From Vicugna vicugna (Eukaryota), in NCBI GenBank assembly GCA_013265495.1, contig MU058039.1:1118591-1182590 (forward strand): a stretch of 64,000 nucleotides of DNA, read 5' to 3'. The translations under genes were made by a program, and so were the position numbers. Shown piece by piece: positions 50,781 to 64,000 of the stretch; within the stretch, counting starts at the first letter, position 1, and each line of letters opens with the position of its first letter. The notes under the pieces are model-generated. The model had not been told where the DNA came from. It made no database searches and worked only from the letters and a program-made list of their open reading frames with translations.

Positions 50781-51574
50781 TACTGCACGGTTACCTTTAG
50801 CTTGCCTCCCCCCACCACCAGCATGGAAATTCTGTTTTGCTTCCTCCCATGCCCAGGACCTGATAGGGGCTCCAAGTTAGGATTTGTTAGCCAGGGGAAC
50901 GCACTGAGTGCCTCTCAGGCGAGGTGCTGGGGACACAGCCAATGTTCAGAGTCAGTACTGCCCCTGGAAAGTGACCTTGACAATAAAACCTAGCAAACCC
51001 ACTGCTTTTTGCCTTTGCCTCCTCCCGCAGAGGACCAGTAGCTCTGGACCCTCCTAAATGAGCTTGAAACCTTGAACTTGCATTTCCCAGTCATGATAGT
51101 AGGCATTTCCCACAGGGCTCATCTGCCTTCCTCCTCCTGTCAAGTCTCTCTCAGAAGCTCTTTACCCTCTTTTTCCCCCTGGTCATCACACGTTTACCCT
51201 TGCCCCCTTCGGCTCAATCCTTAAACAGCAGCAGCCTTCTGAAGGCCCCACGAGGTCGGCCCTGCCAGCCTCACAGCACAACCCACTCTCCATTCCCTTC
51301 CTTCTCTCTCTAGCCAGGCTCTGGCCCGGCTACCGGAGGGCCTTTGCACACACAGTTCCCAATATCTGGAAAGTCTCCCTTATTTTTGTCTTATTTACTC
51401 GTTCTCAGTCAGGTCAGAGTTCGAGAAATCACCTCCGAAGGGAAACTTCCCCGTGTCTGCCCCACCAACAGTTGAGGAGTCGTTCCTCAGCATCCGAAAC
51501 ATTCCCTTCAGCACCCTCTCTGGGGGTCGGAGGGAGGAGGGCACGTGAGCACTAACACCTCAGTGTGCGGCCGC

Positions 51575-51800
51575 CAGAGCCAGAGTCCCTGGCTTTAAAT
51601 CTAGCTCTACCCTTCCACGTGTGTGACTACCTGTGCGCAAGTCATGTCACCTGCCTGACCCTGTTTCCTTATCTGTAAAGTGGGGGCAGAAATAGCCACT
51701 ACTTCACAAGACAGTTGTGCGGATGAGAGAGGTTAATGCCTAGCAAAGTGCCTGGAACAATGTCCGGCGCATAGTTAGCTTATAAGTGCCTGCTGTGGTT
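51575..51800 (+). mobile_element. MIR SINE
   Basis: gagccagagtccctgg...gtttccttatctgtaaagtgggg...gtgcctggaacaatgtccggcgcatag. Confidence 0.7.
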
Positions 51801-54800
51801 TTCATAGGAGTGTCACTTCTGTGTAGTTGAGTAATCACTCACTTAAAGAGATCCATCCTCTCCCTCATCAGCCTGCGTCCGCTTTTGCTCACTACTATGG
51901 GTTCAGCACCAGACCTGGCCCAGGGTCAACGTCATGTCAAGGAAAGGGGCATGGCCTGCCCCACAGTGACCTGGGGCATCGTGGAGCTGGTAGGTCATGA
52001 TGGTGGTCAGGCTCCGTGGCTCGTGCTCCAAGAAATCTGCATCGCGGAGGGGTTATAGCGGGCCCACGAGGCCTCCATCTATAGAAACCACCCTCCACGC
52101 TACCCACCCCACACACCTCAGACTAAACCGGTAGGGAGAGGGAGTGTATAAGCAGAATGTTATTTTTGTAACCAAGTAGAAGCAGCTATGAATTTTTGAT
52201 GTCTCATTGGAACTCCGGCTCCTCCTCACCAGTCAGACTGCGTGAGAAGTGGCCACGTGTGCTGCACTGGTCCCCAGGGGAGGCCTCGTGACTTGTGCTC
52301 CCTTTTGCCCAGAGCTCAGGGCCCCCTGAGCCTCCGGTGTCAGTAGATGCCCCTCGTCTTCAGGAAGAGAAAATGGCATGGTTGAGGGTGGGGGGCCTGT
52401 CGGCAGGGTTCCCGTTGTGTGTCTGTCAGGCTCGGCAGGGAGTTCTTCCTCCTCACCACCTAGGCCAGGCTAGTGGGTGTTCTCCTCAAGCACCTGCTGG
52501 GGCCTCTGCCTGCCTCCAGCCAAGGAGACAGAAGTGCAGGGCAGAGTTACCATTTATTTAAAAATAGATCTTTCCTTGACATTTGTTTAACACTGAATAG
52601 CTAATCTGTGCCAGGCACAGTCATAAGTGATTTACTTGCATCGTTTTGTTTAATCTTATTTAAGAGGGGAGCTTATTGTCTCCATTTCATCAACGAGGAA
52701 CCTGAGGCTCATTGCTTCCCCAAGGTTACCCCACTGGCAGGTAGCCTCAGTGGCAGAGGTGAGATTTGAATCTAGGTCTGTGTGAGCCCCAAGACCGAGC
52801 TGTTGTTTCCTGACCAGGGTAGATGAGCAAAAGCGCAGAGATGGGATGCACGTTTGCAGGGTGGGGAGTGCCATGATCTTGTGAGGACATGTGGCTTGAA
52901 CCCAGTGAGGCAAGGTGTAGTCAGAGCCCCTTTGCAGGCTGGAATAAGAGGGTCTCCTGCAATCTCATTTCCACTCCAAACCATGACTGTGGGATAAGGG
53001 TCTTTGCAAAGAGGCTGATCTCGCCCTTCCCAGGCATTGGGTGGGAAGCAGCTGGTGTGAATGTGTGTGCATGTCTGCGCGTGCTCAGTTCATCTGGCAT
53101 GTTGTGCCAAGCTCTGTGCCAGGTGTTTTAAAGCATCGCTCCCCATTTAACTACAATCACAGGAGGTAGAATCTGGTAAGTCCATCCTATAGAGAAGGAA
53201 GCTGGGGTGTAAGTAGGCCAAGTCATTTGGTTGAAAACACAGAACAAGTAAGCCGAGAAGCTGGCATTCAGACGCCCAACCTCTGCCCCTTCAGAGCATT
53301 CAGGCGTCACCCAGGCAGGCCGAGGCGGGGAGGGGTGCTGTTCAGACACGTGCCTGGCCATGCCTGCAGACCAGGTGCCTAGATCCTGGCCCAGCAGCTT
53401 CAGAGCCCCAGCAGGGCTAACCCTCTGGGAACTGCCCTCTTGCATCCTCAGTCGTAGGATGTGATGGGCCACTTTGCTGCCCAGCAGCATCTCTCAGGCC
53501 ACATGCAAGAGCAGAGGCCCAGCATCCCCTCCACATCCTGCCCCAGCCTGGCCTGCTGCCACTCTCTACTTTACAGAATGGCCGAGTTCCACACCTGCTC
53601 GCTGCCTGCCACTGAGACCGCTGGGCTTTGGGCATTCTAAAGGCACGTGAGACATGAGATGTAATTCCTACCCCCTGAGAGCACACGTACATGCATGCAA
53701 CATCCAGCAAGGCCCACAGTGACTGGAGAATGCTGCCAGATGCCGAGGGCTGTGTGTGGGGGCGATGGTGGGTAGGACGTCAGGAGAGGAGAGGGTCCTG
53801 GAGACAGAAACTGCTGTTTACTGAGCATCTGCCGTGGGCTCTTCAGGCGTCGCCTCGAACCCTCCACTGACCGTGGCCCAGGTGGTTGGTGTCTCCATCG
53901 CCCTGCTTCAAATGAGGAAACAGACGTTAAGAAGGTTGGCTAACTTGCCTGCCCGAGTGGTGTAACCAGCAGTCTAGCCCTCGTTTGTCTGAATTCAGAG
54001 CTGTGTGGGGAAGAAGCGTGGGAAGTGAGGTGGGGAAGGTGGATTCGTGTCTCCCTTAACGAGAACCTGCCCTTGGCTGGAGCCCAAAGTAGCTCATGGT
54101 TGCAGGGAGGCAGAAGGCAGCACCGAACTGTTAAGAGGGCAGAGAAAATGGAGACAGATCTGCAGAGGAGGGGGCAGCCAAGTCAGAACCGGGTTGGGGC
54201 AAGCAAGTCAGTGCGAGTGTCCGGGAGGAGCTGCACTTGGACTGGTTTTGAGGGATGGGTAGGTGCGGGCTGGGACGAGGCAGATGCAGGGCAAAGACAC
54301 CCTTAGCTGAGCAAACAGCCTCATACTGGGTATCTGTCTCCAAGGTAGAGAAACTCTTCTTCCTGTTGGCAGGAGGCAGAATGAGGGTGCCCTGGCGCAC
54401 TCACAGGTCCCCCCCACCCCAGATTGGGACTTGGAAGGAAACCTCACACCCGTGGTGCAGCGTGTTAATTAGGCCGCTTCTTTGTCTGGGAGGGGCCTTG
54501 TGTTGAGTCTCCGAATGAGCAGGACTGGTGACAGTTGTCAGAACACACGGTGCTTGGCCGGAGGCTCCTTGGAAGCCCCTCGTCCCCTCACATGGCCCCT
54601 GCCTGCACCCAGGCACGGAGTGGGGTCTTGCGCGTTCCTGGCTGTCTGCCCACATCCACGCTGGGCCTGCAGATGGAGTGGGGCAGGGAGGGGGGCTCCC
54701 GTGAGAAACAGACGTGGGGTTTTTCCCAGACCCCGCTGCAGAGGCTGCGTGGGCTGGTCTCCCCAGAAGGCGTCTGGGCACGTCTGAGTTAACTGATGTG

Positions 54801-55748
54801 ACGCACTTCCCTGGCTCTGATGTCTGATAACGTGCCCCAGGCAGCAGGGGGCCGACTGCCGGTACCACCAGGAGGCCCTGTGCCCTGTGCTTGGTGCCCT
54901 GTGCTCTAGTTTGGGATTGGGCTTCTTGTCTCTGGGCCTCTCCACCCTTTGAGTTCCAGCATCTGTGTGCCCTGCGATTGTCAGACGTGGTTGCCTAACC
55001 CTGGAGCAGGAGGGGGCCTGAGTCCCACTTGCCATCCAGCCCCCTCTGAGATACATTGGATCTTAAGATTTGGAAGAGTGGGGCATGGAATGTTCTCCAG
55101 GGAATAGAGGGTGTCTGGCCTCTAGGGAAACAACCTACATGGGAGCATCACAGGTCTCAGAGGATCTGTGCTCCTGGCCTTTGAGGGGAGGTGTTGCCGT
55201 TGGGCCGCCCACAGCTCGAAGAGGGACTGACTTGAGGAAACCTTAAGTTTACAGGAGGCTTATTTTCCAAGTGCTTCCTGTCCCGGGTCATCTCTGTGCC
55301 AGTGATGGGGAAATTGCTGCACGAGCTCCTCCTACCTGCTCTGCCGCCTAGGGGGATGGAGGGCTGAGGTGTCTAAGAGAACATGTCCACAAGAGGAGAG
55401 CAGGGCCCCTGCCACTTGGTTCCAGCTCGGGGGCTGGCTCAGTCAGCCCCTTGGTCTGAGGCGGGTACCCCGGCTCACTCAGGGTGTGGTGGAGCCTGCA
55501 CTTCCTCCGAGGCTGGCTGACTCAGGTGCCAGTCCACGTTCTGCCTCTCATCACCCCGGGGATCATGAGCCTCAGTTTCCTCGGATCGACCTGCCTGGGT
55601 CGCTGTAAAGATCAGAAACAGTGTAGATAAAGGGTGGGGCCCTAAGGTGGCTGTGTTGTCGCAGGGTCAGGGCTGTGACCCAGCCGCTTTGCTCAAGAGC
55701 CGAGAGCCACACTGAGCCTCCAGGCCATGCTCTGTTCTGCCTCCCCAG

Positions 55749-55863
55749 ACCTTCACAGCCTGGTGCAACTCCCACCTGCGGAAGGCCGGCACGCAGATTG
55801 AGAACATCGACGAGGACTTCCGAGACGGGCTCAAGCTCATGCTCCTCCTGGAGGTCATTTCAG
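55749..55863 (+). CDS. ACTN4: ACTN4 coding exon 2 (CH1 domain)
   Basis: ccccag|ACC...TCAG|gtgagg; [38 protein letters not shown]; 115 nt. Confidence 0.97.
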
Positions 55864-55867
55864 GTGA

Positions 55868-56221
<354 letters not shown>

Positions 56222-56305
56222 TGAACAGAACTTGTGTTGGTGCTTGGGGATGTTTAAAGCCTCAGATATACCCAGTGACTGCCCTTAATGGTGCACCCCA
56301 CCCCG

Positions 56306-56340
56306 ACACACACACACACACACTCTCTCTCTCTCTCTCT
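56306..56340 (+). repeat. Compound (AC)n(TC)n microsatellite
   Basis: Read directly. Confidence 0.9.
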
Positions 56341-59153
56341 CCCCAAGACTGGGGAATCCAGTATGCCCAGTCATGTGGCACAGGCTTCTTGCATGGGGGA
56401 GGAATGGCTTTGACTCGGACCCTGGACACCCTCACTCACCCTCCTCGTGCTGGACCCTAGGGTCACAGACTGACTGTGACATGGCATCTCTCTGTGCCAG
56501 GAGTACCTTCACCCTTAGGCCCTGCCTGGTGTCTGTGGGCGAGAAGGGCACTCCAGGCCTGGTGTCAGGGCTCTGGGGCAGGGAGTGTGAGTCTAAAGGT
56601 CAGTAGCTAGACTTTGCTGGCTACACAGCCTGGGAGAGTGTGGTCTTTTGAGTGGATACCCAGGGTCCCCTGGGCCCCGTGCAGATACCCGGGACTGTGA
56701 CCCCTTACTCCAGGCCCTCACTGGAGCAGCAGTGTGCTGGAGTGCTGGCCCTCCAGCTGCAGGCTCTTGTCTCCAGCTCACAGGCGCCTTTGGAGACTAG
56801 GTGAGGCCTGATGGAGCCCAGAAGCTCCCCATCAGCCTGGGCTTCCAGTTCTGCTCATTAGAGCAGTTTCCTACGCCTGACATCCATGTTGTCCCAGCTT
56901 TTAGAAAAACAAAGAAAACTAATTGCCATTAATGACAGGGCTCTGAGAGTTTGGCCAAGACTCCAGGCTAGAATACACGTACCCTGTTCCAAGGCTCTGC
57001 CCCCGCCTGGGACCTCTCCGGGGCGGGGTGCCAAGGCTCGCATGCCACAGTCAGTCAAGGTGGTTGGTGGTGTTTTTTTTTCGTTTTTGTTTTTTAAATC
57101 AAAACCCTGAATTCAATCAGACCCTGAGATTTTTTTGTCCTTCCATGGATCTTTCCTCCTGGCTCCCCTCCACCCTTCTGCTTCTCACAGCTGCATTTAT
57201 TTTGCTCAAATGCTCACCTGTAAATAAAGAAGGGGTTAGAGGAGAGACCCATGGCAGTCATTAGTTTTCATTTGGGGAAAACCTCCGTCTAAAAATTTTC
57301 TCTGTTCATGCCCAAACTGGTTCACTCCCCATCCCTGTGACCATCCAGCCTCCGGAGAGCAGCTGACTGGAAAAGTCCCAAGGGCTTTGGAATACCCGAG
57401 AGCCCCAGCCCCCACCCGCCCCCATCTCCCTGTCCCCCAACACCATCTAGGCAGTTGCAGGAACATGGCTCCCTGGTGGGGGCTGTGAGAGCGGACAAGA
57501 GTCGGAGGCACAGCTGCAGGCCCGAGTAGCAGCTGGTGGGTGTGTCATGAGAGCGGCCGTCTTCCTCTCCTCACAGGAGCTCTCTGAGCCCCCCATGACC
57601 AGCTTGCTTGTGGCACCGGCTGGGTATGGGCGCTGCGGCCTCCTCTCCAGATGGTACCCGTCCCTGGCTCTGGGGTGCCTGGCCCTCAGGAGGAACGCAG
57701 TGTAGAGTTCCTGAATGAATCACCGCCTTTGCCCCATGCTGGGAAGGCTTGGCCTGGTTTCCGGGTGTGGGGTTCTTAGGCCCTGGGAAAGGGCTGGACA
57801 GACATCGTGTCCTTCCCTTGCCTCCTGGCAGCCAGCTATGCATATTTCCTCATCCTGAAACCCTAAAGCCAAAAGCTGCCCTCAGCCATCAGCTCCATGA
57901 CTTCGCTGTGGCGAGCTTCTCATGGGGCTAAAAGAGCCCTTCCCCTTTCCTCACAGGTGTGTCCTCACGAAAGGTTGGGGACCACTCTACCTCCTTCCCA
58001 AATCAAGCCCACCTAGAGTTTTCTGCTCTCGAGGCCGGTGAGCAAGGTCTCCGGAACTGTGCCTCCCTGTCCTCTCTCCTCACATCCAGTGTGTGAGATG
58101 CGTAGGGGTGAGAGGCCTCAGAGGACAGCCAGACGTATGTCCAGGCCACGGTTTCCGGGATGAGGCCACTTCTCTCACCCGGCAGTAGACACACATGCCC
58201 GAGTGCTGCAGAGGTGATTTTTCTCTTACGTTGCTGAAGCTGAAGAATGTATGGTCCAAACCCTTCTCTCTCACTCCCAGAAGTTTGAGAGAGTGGTTGG
58301 TTTTCAGTTCGTTAAGAAAGCACTCATTTATCAGCCAGACCATGTGTCTCCTCTCCCCTTCTTACACATCATGTCTTTCTGAAGGGCCCGGTCCAGGCAC
58401 TGGGGGTGCATTGATCACGAGGGTAGACCGTGAACAAGCGAACAAGCCAACAAATGTCAGTGTGAGGGGAAGGGCAGAATGTGGGAAAGAGAGGCACCGG
58501 CGTGGTCAAGGGAACCGTTCTGGGGAAGTGACATATAAGCAGAGGCTTACAGCATGGGAAGGACCAGCCGTCTGAGGGAAGTATCCAGGGGTGCACTTCA
58601 GGGCGGGGGTATGACAGGAAGTGTGAAATCCTTAAAGCAAGAAAGAGCTGGCTTGCTGAAAGGATGCAGCTAGAGAATGCTGAGGAGGGAGGGGCCGGGT
58701 CACCCAGGACAGGCCTTACACGCCGAACTCCGGAACATGGGCCTGTTTCAGGCGTAGCCGGGCTTTCAGCAGGCGAGTGGCACAAATCTGAAAAAGCGAC
58801 TGCCCTCACTGCTGCGTGGGGGTGGGTAACGGGGGATGGAGGAGGCGGCGGCTTGGACGAAGGTGGCGGCAGTGGGGTCGGAAGGAAGCGGACAGACTCT
58901 CCACAGAGACCAGTGCAGCACACCCCCGCTGGCGGGGAGGCATGCCCACAAAGATGTGATGGGGGCTGAAAACGCAGGGCCCAGTTCCTGGGAAAAGGCC
59001 AGGGTGGCCGAGAACACGTGTACAGAAGCCTGGAGACACTAAGCAGCAGAAGACTTTTGGGACAGCACTTCTCAGAGTGTCCAGCGGACACCTCCCAGTA
59101 AGGATGGTGGAGGGCAGCAGGCCTGGGCGGCTCTGTCCTGTGATTGGAATTAA

Positions 59154-59402
<249 letters not shown>

Positions 59403-60381
59403 TAAATTAGGATTTCGGGCATTTTGTCTTCATGCTTCAAGGCTCTTTTCTATTTGCGGGTGTCACTCCCAGGGCCCGGCCCTGCAGAGGGGTGGTTAGT
59501 GGAGGTGCTGGCCCAGGCTGCAGATGGAGGGGGTCCCTGCTGCAGCCGACCAGCTCTGGTATCCACGCAGAGCACTTTTGCTCTTTCAGCTTCCCTCTCA
59601 GAGACCCTCACACCACCCTTGTCAAGCGGGCATGATTGGCCCCATTTTACAGTCAAGGAACTGTGGAGTCACCAAGCAAACTGTTGATAGATTCAGGTCT
59701 GGTCTCATTCTCTTGGGGGAGAGCGCTTGCTTTCACTCAGCCTCCCACCCTCGGACCTTTGCCTCTGTGGACCTGGAGTCAAGTCCAGGTGCCACAGAAT
59801 GAGAAAAGCCACTGAACCAGTGTGTGGAGGGGGCTGCTGGCGACAGGCCACAGCAGCGACCAGGACCGACATGTTCCCTGCCCTCATAGCACTCCTAGTC
59901 AGAGCTGTCCACAGGGAGTAGAGGGACCTCCTAAGACCCTGCCACTCTGCTTCTTTGAAACTGCAGCCAGGTCTGGAGACCTTGAGGGCGCTGGGCCCTT
60001 GGCCAAGTCTTCATTCTATTCAGAAGAGGCCAGGCCACATCAAAGACTTATTTGGCTGTGTCTCCCAGCAGTTAAAGGCATAGGCTTTGTGGTCAGAAAT
60101 ATGGCTCAGGTTCAGGCCCTGATGCTGTCCTGTCACTGCCACTTCCTGGGGTGACACTGGACAAGTGCCCACTCCTGGGGGCCTGGCATGCCGGTCGTGG
60201 TGAGGATCAACAGAGGCCTGCCCGTATCGAGTGGGAGGACTGTTGCTACTGTTTCTGTCTGAGGACCTCTCCCCCAGGTTCCGTCTGACCTTTACGCCTG
60301 AGCTGAAAGTGTGATCCAGCTGGACTGGGTTCTGAGCGTTCAGTTTTGAGCCAGTGCTCACTGTCCTCATGTGTTTTGCAG

Positions 60382-60469
60382 AGACCTCTGCCAAGGAAGG
60401 GCTCCTTCTGTGGTGCCAGAGAAAGACGGCCCCATATAAGAACGTCAATGTGCAGAACTTCCACATCAG
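60382..60469 (+). CDS. ACTN4: ACTN4 coding exon 5 (start of CH2)
   Basis: ttgcag|AG...ATCAG|gtgagc; (E)[28 protein letters not shown](S); 88 nt. Confidence 0.97.
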
Positions 60470-61784
60470 GTGAGCTGAAGCACCCCGCCCACGTCAGGCC
60501 CATGCTTCTTCCCAGGACCTGAGACACTGCCTTCCCATCTGCCCTCTTTTCCTGTGGTTTTGTTATGGTCTGTGAGATGCAAGCTCTCAGGGAGCCATCC
60601 CCCTGCCCTGACCCCCATGAACCCCTTGGAAGTTCCCATGCATATTCTGGGGCAGGCAGCAGTTGGCCTTGCCGTCCCCGGCTGAAGGTGTTAAGAGCCA
60701 TCACTCTGGCAGGCCTTTTAGAATCTTCCTTCTCCCCAGGCAAGGTAACTCAGAAGCAACAACAAACTCTTCCTTTATTTTGACCTCTCAAGAGGGACTC
60801 GTCCTTTAGAGCTGCTAGTGAATTTAGTGCTGGGGAAAATGCACTGTGTCCACTTGGCCTGTCACAGGTCTGCTCTCCCTCAGGCGAGAGAGGGAAATGA
60901 GTGTGTCCAGGAGCGTGGCATGGCCTGGGGGTTAGGAGCACAGGCTTTAGGGGCGGCCCTGAGTTCAGATCTGGTCTAGCCCTGTGACTTCACCCCTCTG
61001 AGCCTCTGGTGTCCTCCTCGGGTAGATGGACCAGGCAGAGGGCACACAGGGGAATGAAGAATGGGGTCTCGGGATCCACAGAGGTCGTCCTGTGTCCTCG
61101 GGCTCCCCGGGGCCCTGGCACTGGACTTTGGGGACCATTGTGTTCTACCATGAATAGCATGTGGTCCCTCCCTTGTTCTCTCTGTGTCTCCTTCCTCTTC
61201 CTGCCACCAGCTGGCTGGTCCTGTGTGCACTTCTCATTCCTTTATTTATTCAGTAACTAAATATCTGTGGAGTGCCTACTGTGTGCCAAGAGCAGGGATA
61301 CAGTAGCACTGAAATAAAGTCCCCGCCCTTGGAAGGTTACACTGCAGCGGGGGACCCTGTGTTCACAAAGCTGTTCATAAACCAATAAAGTAATTTCAGG
61401 TAGTGAGAAGGGCCATATAAAGATGACAAAATAGGACACGGTAATAGAAAGTAACCAGGAAGAGCTCCACGGTCAGGGGAATCTTTCTAAGGAGGTGACA
61501 TTAAACTTGACCTCTGAGGGAACTAGCCGTTATAGGAGCTCAGTGAGGAGGATGTGACAAGTCTGGCCTGTGACCAGCCGTCACTTTCCTCTGAACAGAG
61601 ACCCTCATGCCAAGCCACATCCTGGCATCTCGCCAGCCCTCGGGTCGGGTCAGCCAAGGTGCAGAGGGCCCAGCGCACAGGCCCCACCTCCGCAGCCGCT
61701 TGTCCAGCTCAGTGGGCCATGCACGTACAGCGCTCAGCAGGCCCCGGCTGCCTCGTTAACCGCAGTCAGGTAGCACTTGTCACG

Positions 61785-62259
<475 letters not shown>

Positions 62260-63399
62260 TGAGCCCCCGTCCCCAAGCCCGTCTGTCACTGGTGTCCAAG
62301 GCTGGACTCTGTGCTCAGATGGGTAGGCTGGGGAAGCCTTATGCCAGCTGTCACTAGACCCCAGGCTCAGTGGCTGATTCTTACCTCTCTTGCTCCCCTT
62401 GAGGACTGTCCCCTTCTCCCTCTGTGGACACTGCAACTGTCTGGTTATTTTAGGGCCTGTCCAGCCATGCCTTCCAGCTCCCCTTACTTAACCGTCTAAA
62501 TTCTGGAAGCATTCACTCTGCCCAAGGGAGGAGGGGTAAGGCATTCTAAGCCATCACCGCCAACAGCCCTTTCCTGTTCAGGGTCCTGTTCTGTTTTGCC
62601 TGTATAAAGTGTATAAAACCCAGGCCCTGCCCTCTAGAAGCTCCCAGCCTCGTGAGAAAGGCAGGACAATTGTGTCCAGAGCAAACCAGCCACACGAGGC
62701 CATGCACATATGCTCAGGCTACATGGGGGTGGGGAGGAAGTAGGACCGGACCAGTGTTGCAGAGAAAGGATGGCACACCTGAGCTGGCTTGGTCGGGAAG
62801 GGCCGCTGAGGAAGGAGGCAGCCTAGGGCCAGCCAGGGCATTCCAGGTGGGGTTGACACAGGCCTGCACTTTGCCCATTCAAGTCACAGTGAGTAATCAA
62901 ATTGGAAAAATCACTAGAAAGCTGTGAAAGCATGTGAGAGAGGGTCAGGGTGAAGTGGGTTCTGTAAGCAGTGGGGAGGCGGTGTGAAGGGGTGTCGTAG
63001 GGAGGCTGGAACGGGGAAGCGCTCCATTTACTCCCTGCCTCCCCTCTTCCACCGTCAGGCCTGGACCACAGTGTCTGAATTTCAGGGCAGGGCTCTTAAT
63101 CTGGAGGCTGGGGTTGACTGGTTATGGTGAGGAGAGAGCATGCCTGCTTAGTTTCTGGAGAACAGATCATTTTTTTTCCTGAAGAAAAGGTCCAAGTTTG
63201 CCCCACAGAGGTTTCCAGAGGTGTTCCTTTGGATACGAATTGACCTTATCCGGGTGTCCCCCCCGTCTACCCCCACCCATGGCAGCACAGGTGGCTGAGG
63301 ACTGCCTGAAGAAAGTTTTCCAGTCCTACCCCTTCCCAAGATCTCTCCCTTCCAGGCCAGCTCTTGTTCCTTCTGCTTGTGCGTCCTGCCCCTGACTGA

Positions 63400-63585
<186 letters not shown>

Positions 63586-64000
63586 TGAGACTGTCTAAAA
63601 GAATCTGCATGAACCGGGGACAGTGGTGTCACCTGGGAGCCAGAGCAGGAGCAGCCTGAACAGACCAGACAGGGATGGAGAAGGGTGGGGAAGGGGTCCT
63701 TAAAGAGAGTCAGCTCTCGGAGGCTGCCTTTTGAGCCTGAGGCCAGGAGCCCTTCTCAGGAGGGACGAAGGAGGCGTCCAGGAAGGTGACTCCTGCAAAT
63801 AACCCCAGCCTCTGCCTTCCCCGCCTGCTGCAGGCCTGGAGTCTGGAGCCCACCAAAGTGGAGTGTTTTTCCTTTTCCGCTTTGCCCCATTTCCCAGCCA
63901 TGCACCACCCCCATCCAGGACCCATGCCTCTGGCCTCTGGTGGCCCTTGGGTTTGACTGTCCAGCAGTCCCTTGAGGCCATTCTCAGAGAGAGGAAGTGG

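Overview
Mammalian genomic DNA, most likely from a camelid: it carries six copies of a tRNA-derived SINE resembling the camelid Vic-1 family. Two same-strand (+) genes are partly included. The first is the 3' part of EIF3K (exons 3-8, 1154-8872, AATAAA at 8887). The second is the 5' part of ACTN4 (CpG-island promoter ~13330-13900, exons 1-7, 13682-63508, with a 41.9-kb first intron). All exon boundaries were read from the sequence and join in frame; exon numbers assume the human gene structure. The rest is intronic or intergenic sequence with MIR, L2, L1, hAT and MaLR relics and microsatellites. Nearly all ORF-track entries are chance ORFs. I see no new multi-gene system. The best-supported non-obvious features are a U12-type (minor spliceosome) intron in EIF3K, inverted SINEs bracketing EIF3K exons 5-6, and a decayed ~20.5-bp periodic array just downstream of ACTN4 exon 1. 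Several transcription-factor motif clusters and cryptic exon candidates in ACTN4 intron 1 are more speculative. Repeat subfamily names come from recalled consensus sequences, not from a database search.
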